From Vitrella brassicaformis CCMP3155 (Eukaryota; Protista; Chromerida): a stretch of DNA of 64,000 nucleotides. Positions 62,955 to 64,000 of the stretch are shown here, one piece after another. Position 1 is the stretch's first letter; each line of letters begins with the position of its first letter. The stretch spans positions 124,001 to 188,000 of the forward strand of contig CDMY01000603.1 of NCBI GenBank assembly GCA_001179505.1. The letters are read 5' to 3'. The notes under the pieces are model-generated. The model worked only from the letters and a program-made list of their open reading frames with translations, did no database searches and was not told the origin of the DNA. The translations under genes and the position numbers were made by a program.

Positions 62955-64000
62955 GCAAAAGCTGGCAATCCCTTCCGTGTTCGTGCAGCCCCCTCTCCGT
63001 GTTGCATGTTCGAACGGGGCGAACGCGTGGCGAGTCCCGACAGCCCAACGGAGGAGGGAACTTCATGCTTGACACACTCGCCTTCCTCCTTCGCCACACT
63101 GCGAGTTCCATGATTTGGGGCCGAGCTAGGGATGGAGATGTCACCGAGGAACAGCCCTTGTCCTCTCTCGCCGGCCAGGGGGATAGCCGCCTTGAAGCCC
63201 TGTCAGGTGCACGGCGACAATGAGCCAGATCTGGATGTGATCAGCATCTCATCCAACCAGCAAGGGACTGACCCCATCGAAGGAGGCAACAGGCGAGCCG
63301 TTGGTGACCACATCGTGCTCACACCTTCCCATATCGGCCACCAGGACGACACACAGGCAGGGGACAGCACCGCGCAACCGCAAGACACCGTTGTTGATCA
63401 TGCTGTCAAGCAGCCCCCCGGCCAGCCCAGCGGCACCCAAGATGACGAAGAACACAGTGCGGGGCAACCACCTTTCTATCGAACAGCACTCTCGTCGACG
63501 AGCACCGCCTTCGCATTGACAGACAAGGTCGCCGCTGCGGAGAAAAATCATCAGCACAGTCAGCCGTGGACCAGAGACACGTGCTGCCGGGTCAGCGCCA
63601 CAAGGCAGCCCCATAAGGATCGCATGAGTGATTACAGAGGAGATGCCGAGGAAAACGTCGACACGAGAGAATCCTCTCGTCGTCAGTTGCGTTGTGAGGA
63701 GCGTGCAATAACGGAGTCGGTACGGGGCTTCAGGTATGATACCGAATTACCTCACAAATGAACGCCTCTCTATTCTCCCTGCCTGTCCACGGAGGCTGCA
63801 GGATACGAAGCGGCATACGAAGAACATCCAACAATTCTCGAGTACAAGACGATAAGCCATCCTGACCGCAGCACAACAGAAGTACTTGTCGGCGCACATT
63901 TCAGCCCAGAGCCGCTTAAGACGACCATCAAGCGAGTCCTTCGAGTTATTCTATGGCAGCTGACGGCGGCCGTCGGCGTTAGTCTGTGTATTGTTGCACT
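62955..64000 (+). repeat. Inverted segmental duplicate of ~29962-31056 (promoter plus 5' part of TM copy 2), runs off the window
   Basis: High nucleotide identity across the coding part. The promoter is more diverged but GAAGGGATTGC(C/T)AGCTTTTGCT is retained. Confidence 0.9.
63132..64000 (+). pseudogene. Multi-pass membrane protein copy 3 (partial); first intron acceptor mutated AG->AC
   Basis: ORF MEMSPRNS...RGFR is intact. The intron ends cctgtccac at 63790, versus cctgtccag in copy 2. Confidence 0.55.

Noticed and set aside
54-64000. Most overlapping or antisense ORFs in the six-frame track
   Set aside because: They are shadow ORFs from high GC content and microsatellites (HTHT, CVCV, TDRQ, SIHP), or ORFs read through N gaps.
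1-64000. tRNA, rRNA, snRNA or spliced-leader genes; retrotransposon or transposase ORFs
   Set aside because: None were recognisable by eye. tRNAscan-SE, Infernal and RepeatMasker would be needed to exclude them.

Overview
Intron-rich, GC-rich eukaryotic nuclear DNA, not prokaryotic. Short GT-AG introns are packed with (CA)n, (GACA)n and (TGGA)n microsatellites; this style suggests a chromerid alveolate such as Vitrella (inference only). I assembled about 14 spliced genes by hand: a CHERP-like spliceosomal protein, a secreted bacterial-type PhoX alkaline phosphatase with 10 introns, a hypothetical protein, a giant SH3/CEP164-type WW/B-box/multi-IQ protein (with a downstream partner or continuation), an EF-hand protein, an HPS5/TECPR2-like propeller, a tandem CCCH zinc-finger protein, OSCP1, a Myb (Reb1/TTF1-like) protein, a small conserved protein and a coiled-coil protein. 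There are also three copies of an uncharacterised ~10-11-TM membrane protein family. The main unexplained structures are: (1) a 2.3-kb non-coding foldback-type element (60605-62908) with ~555-600-bp near-identical inverted arms, CAC...GTG ends and ~20-bp-periodic GACAGCTTT sub-repeats, abutting the breakpoint of an inverted duplication of one membrane gene; (2) extreme intron turnover between two membrane-gene paralogues (about 3 shared versus about 10 private introns, including a 10-nt micro-exon); (3) a different apparent lesion in each of the three copies. All exon structures are manual and unverified. Two N gaps are present.
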